From: Mizuhopecten yessoensis
Lineage: Eukaryota
Length of the DNA stretch: 64,000 bases
Assembly: GCF_002113885.1 (NCBI RefSeq)
Contig: NW_018407883.1
Location: 125,896-189,895 of the forward strand
Direction of reading: 5' to 3'
Part shown: one piece after another, positions 1 to 14,100 of the stretch
Numbering within the stretch: position 1 is the first letter of the stretch
Layout: each line of letters starts with the position of its first letter
Program-made: the position numbers and the translations under genes
The notes under the pieces: model-generated
Told to the model about the DNA's origin: nothing
The model's input: the letters and a program-made list of their open reading frames with translations, nothing else
Database searches by the model: none

Positions 1-880
1 GGAGTGAAACTGTCCACAGGGTAAGCATACCCAACGTGTGTATGGGAGTGTAACTGTCCACAAGGTAAGCATACCAAACGTGTGTCTGGGACTGTAACTA
101 TCCACAGGGTAAGCATACCAAACGTGTATCTGGGAGTGTAACTGTCAATAGGGTAAGCATACCAAACGTGTGTATGGAAGTGTAACTGTACACAGGGTAA
201 GCATACCAAACGTGTATCTGGGAGTGTAACTGTCCACAGGGTAAGCATACCAAACGTGTGTAGGGGAGTGTAACTGTCCACAAAGTAAGCATACCAAACG
301 TGTGTCTGGGAGTGTAACTGTCCACAGGGTAAGCATGCCACACGTGTGTATGGGAGTGTAACTGTCCACAGGGTAAGCGTACCAAACGTGTGTCTGGGAG
401 TGTAACTGTCCACAGGGTAAGCATGCCACACGTGTGTATGGGAGTGTAACTGTCCACAGGGTAAGCGTACCAAACGTGTGTCTGGGAGTGTAACTGTCCA
501 CAGGGTAAGCATTCCAAACGTGGGTATGGGAGTGTAACTGTCCACAAAGTAAGCTTACCAAACGTGTGTTTGGGAGTGTAACTGTCCACAGGGTAAGCAT
601 TCCAAACGTGGGTATGGGAGTGTAACTGTCCACAAAGTAAGCTTACCAAACGTGTGTTTGGGAGTGTAACTGTCCACAGGGTAAGCGTACCAAACGTGTG
701 TCTGGGAGTGTAACTGTCCACAGGGTAAGCGTACCAAACGTGTGTCTGGGAGTGTAACTGTCCACAGGGTAAGCATACCAAACGTGTGTATGGAAGTGTA
801 ACTGTACACAGGGTAAGCATACCAAACGTGTGTATGGGAGTGTAACTGTCCACAGGGTAAGCATGCCACACGTGTGTCTA
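1..880 (+). repeat. 44-bp minisatellite, about 20 copies, truncated by the window start; each unit contains CAGG|GTAAGC
   Basis: Unit GGAGTGTAACTGTCCACAGGGTAAGCATACCAAACGTGTGT(A/C)TG, period 44. Confidence 0.95.
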
Positions 881-884
881 GGAG

Positions 885-3800
885 TTCATTAGTATGCCCT
901 GTGGTTTATTGTGGTCATTAGTATGCCCTATGGTTTATTATGTTCATTAGTATGCCCTGTAGTTTATTATGTTCAGAAGTATGCCCTGTGGTTTATTATG
1001 TTCATTAGAGTGTCCTGTGGTTTATTATGTTCATTAGTATGCCCTGTGGTTTTTTTGTGGTCATTAGTATGCCCTCTGTTTTTTTGTGGTCATTAGTATG
1101 TCCTGTGGTTTATGATGTTCATTAGTATGCCCTGTGGTTTATTATGTTCATTAGTATGCCCTGTGGTTTATTATGTTCATTAGTATGCCCTGTGGTTTTT
1201 TTGTGGTCATTAGTATGCCCTCTGTTTTTTTGTGGTCATTAGTATGTCCTGTGGTTTATGATGTTCATTAGTATGCCCTGTGGTTTATTATGTTCATTAG
1301 TATGCCCTGTGGTTTATTATGTTCATTAGTATGCCCTGTGGTTTTTTTGTGGTCATTAGTATGCCCTCTGTTTTTTTGTGGTCATTAGTATGTCCTGTGG
1401 TTTATGATGTTCATTAGTATGCCCTGTGGTTTATTATGTTCATTAGTATGCCCTGTGGTTTATTATGTTCATTAGTATGCCCTGTGGAATATTATGTGCA
1501 TTAGTATGTCCTGTGGTTTATTACATTCATTAGTATGCCCTGTGGTTTATTATGTTCATTAGAATACATGTGGATTATTACATTCATTACTATGCCCTGT
1601 GGTTGTTTATGTTCATAAGTATGCCCTGTGGTTTATTATGTTCATTAGTATGCCCTGTGGTTTATTATGTTCAGAAGTATGCCCTGTGGTATATTATGTT
1701 CATTAGTATGCCCTTTGGTTTATAATGTTCATTAGTATGCCCTGTGGAATATTATGTGCATTAGTATGTCCTGTGGTTTATCATGTTCATTAGTATACCT
1801 GTGGTTTATTACATTCATTAGTATACCCTGTGGTTTATTACGTTCATTAGTATGCCCTGTGGTTTATTACATTCATTAGTATACCCTGTGGTTTATTACA
1901 TTCATTAGTATACCCTGTGGTTTATTACATTCATTAGTATACCCTGTGGTTTATTACGTTCATTAGTATACCCTGTGGTTTATTACATTCATTAGTATAC
2001 CCTGTGGTTTATTACATTCATTAGTATACCCTGTGGTTTATTACGTTCATTAGTATACCCTGTGGTTTATTACATTCATTAGTATACCCTGTGGTTTATT
2101 ACATTCATTAGTATACCCTGTGGTTTATTACGTTCATTAGTATACCCTGTGGTTTATTACATTCATTAGTATACCCTGTGGTTTATTACATTCATTAGTA
2201 TACCCTGTGGTTTATTACGTTCATTAGTATACCCTGTGGTTTATTACATTCATTAGTATACCCTGTGGTTTATTACATTCATTAGTATACCCTGTGGTTT
2301 ATTACGTTCATTAGTATACCCTGTGGTTTATTACATTCATTAGTATACCCTGTGGTTTATTACATTCATTAGTATACCCTGTGGTTTATTACGTTCATTA
2401 GTATACCCTGTGGTTTATTACATTCATTAGTATACCCTGTGGTTTATTACATTCATTAGTATACCCTGTGGTTTATTACGTTCATTAGTATACCCTGTGG
2501 TTTATTACATTCATTAGTATACCCTGTGGTTTATTACATTCATTAGTATACCCTGTGGTTTATTACGTTCATTAGTATACCCTGTGGTTTATTACGTTCA
2601 TTAGTATACCCTGTGGTTTATTACATTCATTAGTATACCCTGTGGTTTATTACATTCATTAGTATACCCTGTGGTTTATTACATTCATTAGTATACCCTG
2701 TGGTTTATTACATTCATTAGTATACCCTGTGGTTTATTACATTCATTAGTATACCCTGTGGTTTATTACATTCATTAGTATACCCTGTGGTTTATTACAT
2801 TCATTAGTATACCCTGTGGTTTATTACATTCATTAGTATACCCTGTGGTTTATTACATTCATTAGTATACCCTGTGGTTTATTACATTCATTAGTATACC
2901 CTGTGGTTTATTACATTCATTAGTATACCCTGTGGTTTATTACATTCATTAGTATACCCTGTGGTTTATTACATTCATTAGTATACCCTGTGGTTTATTA
3001 CATTCATTAGTATACCCTGTGGTTTATTACATTCATTAGTATACCCTGTGGTTTATTACATTCATTAGTATACCCTGTGGTTTATTACGTTCATTAGTAT
3101 GCCCTGTGGTTTATTACATTCATTAGTATACCCTGTGGTTTATTACATTCATTAGTATACCCTGTGGTTTATTACGTTCATTAGTATGCCCTGTGGTTTA
3201 TTACATTCATTAGTATACCCTGTGGTTTATTACATTCATTAGTATGCCCTGTGGTTTATTACGTTCATTAGTATACCCTGTGGTTTATGATGTATATTAG
3301 TATGCCCTGTGGTTTATTATGTTCATTAGTATGCCCTGTGGTTTATTATGTTCATTAGTATGCCCTATGTTTTTTATGTTCATTAGTATGTCCTGTGGTT
3401 TATCATGTTTATTAGTATGCCCTGTGTTTTATTATGTTCATTAGTATGCCCTGTGGTTTATTATGTTCATTAGTATGTCCTGTGGTTTATTACATTCATT
3501 AGTATGCCCTGTGGTTTATAACATACATTAGTATGTCCTGTGGTTTATCATGTTTATTAGTATGCCCTGTGGTTTATGATGTTCATTAGTATGCCCTGTG
3601 GTCTATTACGTTCATTAGCATGCCCTGTGGTTTATAACATTCATTAGTATGCCCTGTGGTTTATTATGTTCATTAGTATGCCCTGTGGTTTATTATGTTT
3701 ATTAGTATGCCCTGTGGTTTGTTTTGTTTATTATTATGCCTTGTGGTTTATTATGTTCATTAGTATGCCCTGTGGTTTATTATGTTCATTAGTATGCCCT

Positions 3801-4253
3801 GTGGTTCATTATGTTTATTAGTATGTCCTGTGGTTTGTTTTGTTTATAAGTATGCCTTGTGGTTTATTATGTTCATTAGTATGCCCTGTTGTTTATTATG
3901 TTCATTAGTATGCCCTTTGGTTTATAACATTCATTAGTATGCCCTGTGGTTTATTATGTTTATTAGTATGTCCTGTGGTTTATTATGTTCATTAGCATGC
4001 CGTGTGGTTTATAACATTCATTAGTATGCCCTGTGGTTTATTATGTTCATTAGTATGCCCTGTGGTTTATAACATACATTAGTATGCCCTGTGGTTGTTA
4101 TGTTCATTAGTATGCCCTGTGGTTTATTATGTTCATTAGTATGCCCTGTGGTCTATTATGTTCATTAGCATGCCGTGTGGTTTATAACATTCATTAGTAT
4201 GCCCTGTGGTTTATTATGTTCATTAGTATGCCCTGTGGTTTATTATGTTCATT
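885..4253. repeat. 29-bp minisatellite, about 115 copies, with higher-order structure
   Basis: Unit TTCATTAGTAT(G/A)CCCTGTGGTTTATTA(T/C)(G/A), period 29; homogeneous core at about 1860-3280. Confidence 0.97.
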
Positions 4254-5053
4254 ACCTCGACTTGTTGCTTCATTGCCACTACCCCAGTTCTCACTTTGAG
4301 GACGTGGTATCATTTCAGTTCGCTTAGAATTAGACATTTCGTGTTGTCGATGAAGCACAATACGCTTATCTTTGCGGGACATCTGCTCTTTTTTCACTGA
4401 CCTTTTTAGGTCTTCGTGCAGGTCTTTCCTTTGTTTCTCTTTTTTTAGTGTTTCATTGTTTGATTTAAACTTAAGTTAATTTCGCAATAATATTTCATAA
4501 CATACATTTTATACAACAAGGATTTTATCGTTTATTTCGAACCACGTTCACACTTCGCCATTCTCTTGTATAATTTCAAACAGGATCAAAAGGCCAGATG
4601 CCACTTTGTTAAACTTTTCGTTTGTAACCTCGTTGTGGTTGGTCAACGCCTGAAATCATTTACATCAATTAAACGGAAAACATTCATCTAGTAAATGCTC
4701 AAAATAATATACTGAAATTAAAAACTCAAAGAACTAGTATGTGGATTTAAAATTCCTCTAACGATCTGTTAAAAATCAAACACATATGAATACATTTTCA
4801 ATTAGTTCTCAAAAATAGGTCACTTCTTTTTAATGGAATTTACATTTAAATTATTCACCCGAATGAAAAAAAATGTAACTGTATTCGTTTACAAAAAAAG
4901 AAATATGATATAGGTCAGTTGTAACAGTTGACGGATATCTATTTAAGGATACTAGATTTACGCTTTTGTAGAAGTCATTTTCTCTGTATGTTGTTGTATC
5001 CTTCCGAAAAACTCGTTAACATGGAAATATACATATGTAATTTGATTGTGTAG

Positions 5054-5183
5054 GTGTAAGGTGCATGGGGCCAGGAATCTGCGCATGCGCACAGAGTTGC
5101 AAATATGGCACGTGCTGGAATGGTCAATGTGAGTGCTGGACAGGTTATACTGGCCATACCTGTTCGCATTACAACCCATTAAC
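5054..5183 (+). CDS. GH gene exon: EGF-like (tenascin-type) cysteine repeats
   Basis: tag|GT...AC|gtaagt; (G)VRCMGPGICACAQSCKYGTCWNGQCECWTGYTGHTCSHYNPL. The CxCxxGYxGxxC EGF signature is present. The exon ends in phase 2, matching the next exon. Missed by the ORF track. Confidence 0.85.
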
Positions 5184-8100
5184 GTAAGTTAGATATCTCT
5201 TGCGTTAACAAATGGAGTCATTCACAATTGAGGACAAATACCGGTAAATAAGAGAGAGTAAATAATCCGTAAAATAATATTTTATACTAGAGTTTCAGTT
5301 GTGATCAGTTGTAATTGTGGAGAAGAGTTCCATTCCAGAAAGTTTATTTGAATGGAGTAGTCTCCCTATTATCTATAAGATAAATACACCAAAGGCAGTT
5401 ATTCTGTTCCCGAATCTCAACATTAATGCAAGTGTAGGCTTCGCAAGGTAAAGGCCTTGAGTTAGACCCCTGCAGTCTTTCTGTTTTCTGTTTCCTATTT
5501 TTTCCCATATTTTCCCTTTTTTATTTTGCATTTTCAAATATTCAAATTCTGAACAACTATCATTCTGTAAAAACGCATGGCAACATGCGATTTTTATGGA
5601 AAGGACTAAAACAAATACTTTTATTCGGAATAGTGACAATATTTGACATGCTTGTACCTTTTACCTTAACAGAGTTTACTTAAGTAAAAGTAAGCCTGTC
5701 TAACACAGTGCCTCACCCAAATCTGCAACAATTCTGTTTATGTAACGATACAGTAACAGACATGGGATGCCTTTCCAGCATTGAATCGTCTTCAGTCTTA
5801 GTTTTTTACTCCCAATGTTTTTTTTTGAGAATGCCAAATTTCTCTTCCGAGCACAGGATGCCTAACAGGGGCGTCAGTGTGGGTATGAACCTCGGCGGCC
5901 TTTCCTACTACTCCAGTGAAGTGAAGTTCGTAGACGTGGCGAAAGAATCCATGGAATGGATAACACAAAGACGAGAGGGCGCACAAGCGCATCAGTGGAA
6001 TACTCAAGAGGAAGCAACAGTTGCCTATGACGACGACGGATATCCCAAACGACTGGAAGGTTTTGTTTGTTTGTTTGTTTGTTTGTTTGTTTTGGGGAGA
6101 CATGCTATAATATAACGCCAATAAAACTGCAGATAGCTTTTGTGAAACCGTGTATCGTTTGGAGATGTCCGTATGTGCTAAGAAGGCATCTCTTTTCCTT
6201 TCGAGACCAAAAAGAATGCAACATTTGTTGTTTGATTTGGCATCAGTTTGCTTATTTTCTATTATTTTGCTTCCTTGAATTCCTGCACAAATATTTGTGT
6301 ACACGTGTGATGTATCCGATTGCTTGCACTGCTACCCAAAACATACATTTGGCTATTTTTCAGTTATGATTTAGTGAGGCATGAAAGTTTATTATCATAC
6401 GTGTCTTGGCTCAAAGCCTGATGTAACAATAATCTTTTAAGATTCCACCTAATGCTCGAAAAAAACATAGCATCTGAAATATCTACCACTGTATGGTGTT
6501 GCCACTATATTACTCTGCAATTACAAATGGCATTCATATTGACTGTAAATACCAAGTACTACGTATTAACATTATCATTACATTAAGTCATGATTGTTAC
6601 GTTGTATACCTCTGATGGTTTATTGGAAATGTCTGTTCTATTCATTGAACAAGTATATACGATGCACATATTAATTTGAAGTAAATCATTTAATGCGGCA
6701 TATTTATAAACACGTGGTTATTTCAGTGATACCATAATACCATAAAAATGGTAAGTATAAGCATAGCAGTGTGTTGATATGGCATTTACAGTCTGTATGA
6801 ATGACAACACTTTGCAGTCAAACAAATCATTATGGGCTAGCGCACGTTATAAGTTTTGCTGTAAAAACTTGTTCGATTTGCTTAGAGTATATATGCAATA
6901 TTAACACAGTTAAACGCTGAATTAAAGCTAACATATTTTTCTCTGTATAGATACGATGATACTGGTGACCTTGATGCTCCGTGGAGGTCATTGGAGTCCC
7001 GGGGGTAACTATACCATACTGTATGACGGAGAGGGAGAACTTGACCTTGGACTCGTTCACGTCACACGTGTCTACGAGGGCAAAGGTAATATTCCTCTAT
7101 GAGCATTACTTTAAGAGATTGCATTCATAGGGCTATGAACGCAATTGGATCAGCGTCATTTCGAAGCTTCTCCTCCCGCCTCGACTAACATGATCCAGTC
7201 CACGGTTTAGGTTGTAATTCAGCACTGAACTGGTTAGAATGGTCGGGATGATATTCCGTAACACCATGAAAACAGCGTTACATGCGTATTGTTACACTTA
7301 ATACTCCAGACAGAGAATTATTAGAATGTGGATTTTTTCTAAAAAGAACTTGGTTCCTTGATCAACCCTGAACCACCTCTTTTCAAAACTGTGTTTTTTC
7401 TGAACATCTGATTTTCTCACTCCATACACCACTATATCTCATACCAAACTGGAGGAACACATTCGTTCTTTAATCATGGGAACTTCCTATTTCAGGAACA
7501 GCGGACGGTGATATACATATATGGTTGTAAAGTTTTTTTGAGCATATTTTGTGAAATATATACGACCTGGCTAAGAAAAAATATACCGAGGGTGAAATCG
7601 TGATGCTGAGTTGGATGCCAAGGTTTCCTAGAAGACTGCTCACCTCTCCTGATCGGCTTGCTTATCTTTTCAAAGGAGGCTAAAGAGCTCATCACGACTG
7701 GAAACAGAATCCTGCCATGTCCTTCATTTTCACTTTAGGATATTATGACGAAGTGTTATCTTCAATTTTTTAACACATATATCCAACGCAATTGTTTAAA
7801 CTTATCTTGACATCATAGACATTACGGGCTCTTCTTCGTCTGTATTCTTTCGCGAAGAGATGGCTTCTGCAAGCGTGATGGTTTTAATGTTACAATCGCT
7901 AATGTCTTCTTTCTCGATATAAGCTTCCCTGCTCCCCCAAATACAGTTCTTATATTTTGCAGTTGATTCATTATACCAGGGCTTGCTCTAAATATAATCA
8001 TTTACTGTTGACGGACAAACATAATATCATAGTTCTCGAGAGATCAAAGTTGATGAAACCGGTCGGCAAGTTTCCTGGACGCGAAATAATCTCATTGGGA

Positions 8101-11100
8101 AATAGCCTATGAATGAAGATGTTTTTTGCACTCATGATATCGCCTTGTGGTTTCGTTGTCACTACCGCGATTCTTACTTGGAGAACGTGACAACTCATAT
8201 ATACATTGTAGGTTTGTTCGATGAGTCTGCATAATCGAACCATTCCGAAACACCTTACCATATTGTTCTTGCATTTTAAAGGTCTGTACATTAATCTATC
8301 TTTTTTATCTCATTTTTATCGGGTTTTTTAAGGTCGAATTTCGGTTTTTCTGATACTTAAGTATCCCCTTAAAACAATTTGGATATATGTTCCATCCTTC
8401 ACTTTTCACAAAACTCGTTTTCGTGTCTGTCTTTGCACACTTATAGTTATATCTACCATTTTGACCTGCATGTCCTTATTGTGGCAGTTTCCTATTTTAT
8501 ATATGAAATATTCACACATTACGTGATATATGACATCATCTTACAGGACGCATCATCGTCAATATGGATCCTGGATCAGGTGGTATCGAACTGAAGCTCA
8601 TGCGCATAAACCCACAAAACCATATTCGGAACATCCGAGTCATACTTCCGGGTTTTGAGGATAGGCATGCGCACTTCCCTTACAATCCATTGTTCTTAGA
8701 GACAATCACACGTTACTCTGAGTTCCGATATATGGACTTCATGCATACAAACGCACACCGGGTAAGTATTTTGAGTCAAATATCTCCATGTTATGAATGG
8801 TTTTTCTAAAATAACAATAATCTTGAGTTCTTGAGAAGTATATCATTTTTTAGCATATCGTTATATATAATTTTCATCATGGTTCGTGTAAAATACTTTT
8901 TTTGCAAAAAATCTTTATTTTTCTCGAGGGGTAATTGCAGTTATGTACATGTACGTTATTGATATGGTGTCACGGTTACAGCCCGAACCTACAACATGGG
9001 CAAGTCGCAGGAAGCAGACTTTTTACACCCAGACCGGAAGCTACGGTGCCGCCATTGAAAACATGATACTGTTGAGTAACATGATGGGCGCCAACCCTTG
9101 GTTTAATATCCCTCACGCAGCAGACGACGACTTCATCAGACAGTTTGCGGCTTTGGTCAAATCATCCCTGCGTCCAGACCTTAAAGTTTGTTCATTTCCA
9201 TTCTATTTAAGTTTTTAAAAGTGGCAACATATACGCAGACATCGATATTACTTACCCATAAGAGTACTGTTGATCTTGTGAGCAGAAACATTATGATGTA
9301 TGCAACATTATCAGTTAATTAAAATTGACCGATGATTAAGGACAACAACACAATCTGATTGTGTTCTGCGTTTGTTCGACACAATTATTTCAAAGTACAT
9401 GAATAAGTTTACCCAATCATAAATCGACATTTACTGAGTTATAATGATATATAACATTTGATATAGCGCACTATTTAGCTAATATAAGCCACTCTAAAGC
9501 GCTTCAGAGTCCACAGATTTACAATTAAAACAATTAGCATATACATTAATCGATACAATTTTGAGGAATTCGCAGGAGCTGCCTTAACAGGCGCTAACTA
9601 CTAGTCCTATGCCACCTGGCTAATATCTCCCTATGTGGGTATGCCTGCGTGGTTGCTGGAGATGTAATGTAATTGATGTAAGTTGTGTGGTTTATGTTGT
9701 AGGTTTAACTCTTTTAGGTTTATAGTTTTTAGTTTATTATTAGCATCATATTTGTTGATATCCTATTTGAAGGTATATCTTGAGTATTCCAACGAAGTGT
9801 GGAATGGAATATTCCGCCAGACAGCATATACAGTAGAAAAGGGGACACAACTCGGTCTAGACAGCCATGGTAACAGGGCTGGGATGAAATATTATAATCA
9901 AAGGTCATCGGAGGTCATGCAGATATTCCAGGCGGTAAGAAGTCGGCGTCCTAGTGTCAGACTATTTATGTAAAACATTTTTTTGTTTTGTTTTTTTTTG
10001 TCATGCAAACAGTTGTCGATTTTATTTAAACTCTTTATTTCTTCTTAATCGGGCATCTTGTTAAGAATCTGTTTCATCTTTTTTTGTTTTATATCTTTTA
10101 CACCTGTCAAACCTTGAGTGTGGTATTAACGGAGAGTTAATAGCTTTTGCTATATAATAAAAAGGAAAATTACCATTTTATCATGCTGATCAGAAAAATA
10201 ATTTGAAGGATAGCATCACGGTAACTAAAGTGTAAACGAAATCCCGTAACACTTGATCAAAACGAGATTTAAACGTGATTTAAACATCCTAAACATGACA
10301 TACATCCACAGCGGTACACATCTCATATTACGGTTTGTTTTTTGTTTGCCTCTTCTATATCGAATTAGTTTCCTGTGTATTTATTAATGAACAGGTATTT
10401 GGTAATCATGGCAACGATAGACTCATTCCCGTGTGGGCGTGGCAGACTGGTTACCAGGACTACTACCGACAAGCACTTGATGACCTCGGTAACCGGACAC
10501 GTGACTTTAAGGCTCTGTCAATCACAGGGTATTTTTCATGCGACGGCGCTGCTTCAAAACATGTTCGTCATTTTTTTGCGTAATATCTTGACTAATATTT
10601 TATAATCATCTATGATATTTGATTAGTAGGTCTACATAACCAATTATATTATTTTCACGGGTATTTGTCAAACAAACAAAAAAAGAACCAATAATACTTA
10701 AATGTTAACGAAACCATAATTCGAACTCCACATCGATAAAAATCATTTATTAGATTTTACTAGTGTGGTTTTTGTATTGAAGCAAAATTTAAAAAAAAGT
10801 CCGATACACATATTATTAGTATAATTTCCAATAATTCAGAACGATCTTACAGAATGCAATCAACATATTAAAAAATCGATAGTATCTTTAAGGAAATTAG
10901 AAAAAGTCGATAAACTATTCCACAAATGTAGATGAAGCCCTAAGGATGAGGATGTGTCCCTCCTGTATTTGTTTTAGAAAGCTGAGTTACCAAACATGAC
11001 AATGAGCGAGATAAGTGACCTTTGTGCCTTGGGACTTTCCACCCAGGAAAACCTGTACCAACACTACATGGATGTCGCGAAGGTTAAACAAAGTTAATGT

Positions 11101-14100
11101 TGATTATCAGAACAATTTCATCTATATGACCTTTTCCTGTGAGGATGGTTTAACACAATGTTATAGTAATATTTTATCCTGTCCATCAGCACCACATTTT
11201 CAAGCATCATTTATGCTAGTTACCTAAAGTAGATACTCTATATTTCTCAAAAGTATTGTTTACCCTTTGTATCATCATAAGAACAGTGGTGAGTAAACTT
11301 TAGTTTCTAACATGGTGATCTGGAGTTCACACAGAAAAATAACACCGATGCTCTAGCTTGTGTTTTGGACTTTATAGCCTTATGCTCTGCAATTGAAAAA
11401 AGAAAAGCTGCACATGAGTTGACTACAGGAAACATTGTTAATCATAAAACAGTCTTCTTTTGGTCAGTATATTTTTTTTGAGTGCATATATTTTATGCTT
11501 TTATATTTTAAGAAGATCATATCGATTCATCAGGCAGTCTTGAACTGTAGGTTTAGATTTATTATTATTTATTTTGCAACCTGCAAAAAGTCAATGCTTT
11601 TAATGCAATTTCAATATTATTTCATTTCCTCACGCAGCGCACAGTTAATTCGGGCAATAGACTGCCCTCTTGTCAAACAAATGTCTGTTGCCCTTAAACC
11701 TGTTAATGTTTTCGTCTTGTTTGAGTTAGGACCTTGTCGCTTCTGATGCATTATATAAGTATACAGTTTGCAATAATTATAATTTTATAAACATCTTCTT
11801 CAGAACCACAGTTTAGCGCTGGTGATGTATGAGGGAGGACCAGCCGTGATGGAACCTGGGGCCATATCACATGGAACATCAAATGACGCTGTCACAACCA
11901 AGGCCATCGCGTTTAATTCCGACCCTCATATTAAAGTTAACGTGATGGCGATTCTGAACGCCTGGAAGAGGATCGTGACAGATGCCCCGGGAAATCAGGC
12001 TTCTGGTTAGTCTTTAAAATAACAAGAAGCACAAAGGCCTTAGCGGTCACCTGAGTTGTCACCTGAGTTATATCATAGGTACTGGTAGCTTTATTTTATT
12101 GTTTAGATGTGATGTGGAAATCAACATGTAAACTAAGTGAAATATAATACTTGTCATGTCATCAAAGGATAAGAATTTGAAAATATTGGTAAATGTTCCC
12201 TTTGGGGCCCCGCCCTAGCCCCTGGGGATCGCGCAGGAATCCTAATTTTACAATGTAATACCCTCATTCACCAAAGGTAATTCTGACTAAGTTTGAGTAA
12301 CTTTCTGCTGAAAATGGATAAAATATACCCAGAAGTGTTATTTCCCTATATAAACTATAGTAAACTTTACCCCCTCCCCAAGGGAGAACGGATTTAAATA
12401 AAGCCTATGATGATTTTTCTTTATATGCACTGAAATTGAATGTAGTACCTCTGAGTCATGGGAGAAGATTTTTATAATATTGGTTAATTTTCCCTTTGGA
12501 GCCCCGCCCTGGCCCCTAGGGTTGGGGTAGGAATCTCAATTTTACAATTTGAAACCATATTCCTCCAAGGATAATTCTCACCAAGTAAAAAAAAAATCCC
12601 TACAGAAAGTTGTTAAAATATACCCAAAAGTGTTTTTTCCCTATATAAACTATAGTAAACTTTACCCCCTCCCCAAGGGAGAACGGATAGATCGGGGGTC
12701 CTGAAATTTACAATTTAAATAAAGTCCCTGATGATCTTTCTTTTTATGCACTAAAATTGAATGTAGTACCTCTGAGTCTGGAGATTTTTGAAATATTGGT
12801 TAATTTTCCCTTTGGGGCCCCGCCCTGACCCCAGGGGTTGGGGTAGGAATCCCAATTTTACAATTTTGTAGCCTCATCTACCAAGGATGATTCTGGCTAA
12901 GTTTGAAAAAAAATCCATCCACTGGTTCTTGAGAAGAAGTTGAAAATGTAAAACGTTTACGCACGACAACGGACGACGACAGACGGAAAGCGATTAGAAT
13001 AGGTCACTTGAGCAAAGCTCAGGTGACCTAAAAATAAAAGCAAATCTCTATACATGATTGCAAAAGGAACATCTGTTACACAGGCAGTCTTGTGTGGTTG
13101 AATGGTTTGGCTTAAATATCAATAATAATGCTAACCCTAATCCCCAACATTATAGTTACAATAATACAGATAACCAATCGTATCTTACCGTTCTACACCA
13201 TCAGAACTAGGAACTTCCAGCTTTCACAATTTGTTTTGCATTTCCATAATTTTACATTTATTTACGCATGTAAATGTGTAGTTTAGACGTACAAGGAAAT
13301 AAAGGAAAGTGAGCACAACCCATTGATTATCGTGGACGGGGTGGGGTGTAAGGTAAATACAAATGTTATGATGAAACTAATATAGAATCGTTCGCTTTGC
13401 GATTAGACGCCTTGCATATTGCGGTGTTGTTTGAATAACGATAACACCGAAATGATTAATTCACACCGAAAGCGCGTGATTGTAATCATGTAACATAGCT
13501 TACTAATATCAAAACTTTCGAAAATGTATTTGATTCGCTTTAGGCGGCCTATTCAACTACTTTTCTTCGGCCGGTTTTCCAAGCAAATACGGAAGCTGGG
13601 GGATGCTACAATACACTGGGGAGGACCTGCACAGCGTCCCCAAATATATGGCTGTTCACGAGTTCATCACCAAACAACTCGGCCATGACGTTCTCGGAAA
13701 CAAATGTTCTTTCGTAAAAAGTGGGAACCTCGCGTTCGGATGCTTCAAACCAAAAAATGGACATAGCTGGAAATGTGGCAAATCTTACAATCATGGATCA
13801 GCCTGGGAGGTATACGAGCTTAAATACTTCAAAAATGTCGTAAGATACAGTTTAGAGTTAAAGAAGGAACACTTGCGAATCTGACAAATGAACGAGGGAT
13901 ACGCGACTTTTGATGTTCCTGTAAATAATTATAAACCCTCGCCAATGACCCACTACGAGAACGTCCCTGAAAATTACTACTCACAAAACAACTTGAACAT
14001 TTCCTTTTTAATGATCTTTTTCAACATTAATCGACTTTGATATGCACATCTCGAGGTTTTGTATAGGTTCAATTTTGTTTAAGCAATGGTTTATTCAATA

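Noticed and set aside
98-871. Long minus-strand ORFs (257, 162, 104 and 73 aa)
   Set aside because: They are translations of the 44-bp tandem repeat, whose minus strand is largely stop-free. The peptide cycles through three frames and there is no gene context.
6727-6750. Micro-exon between tttcag and gtaagt in a GH intron
   Set aside because: It contains TAA in the required frame, and exons 6059 and 6951 already join in phase.
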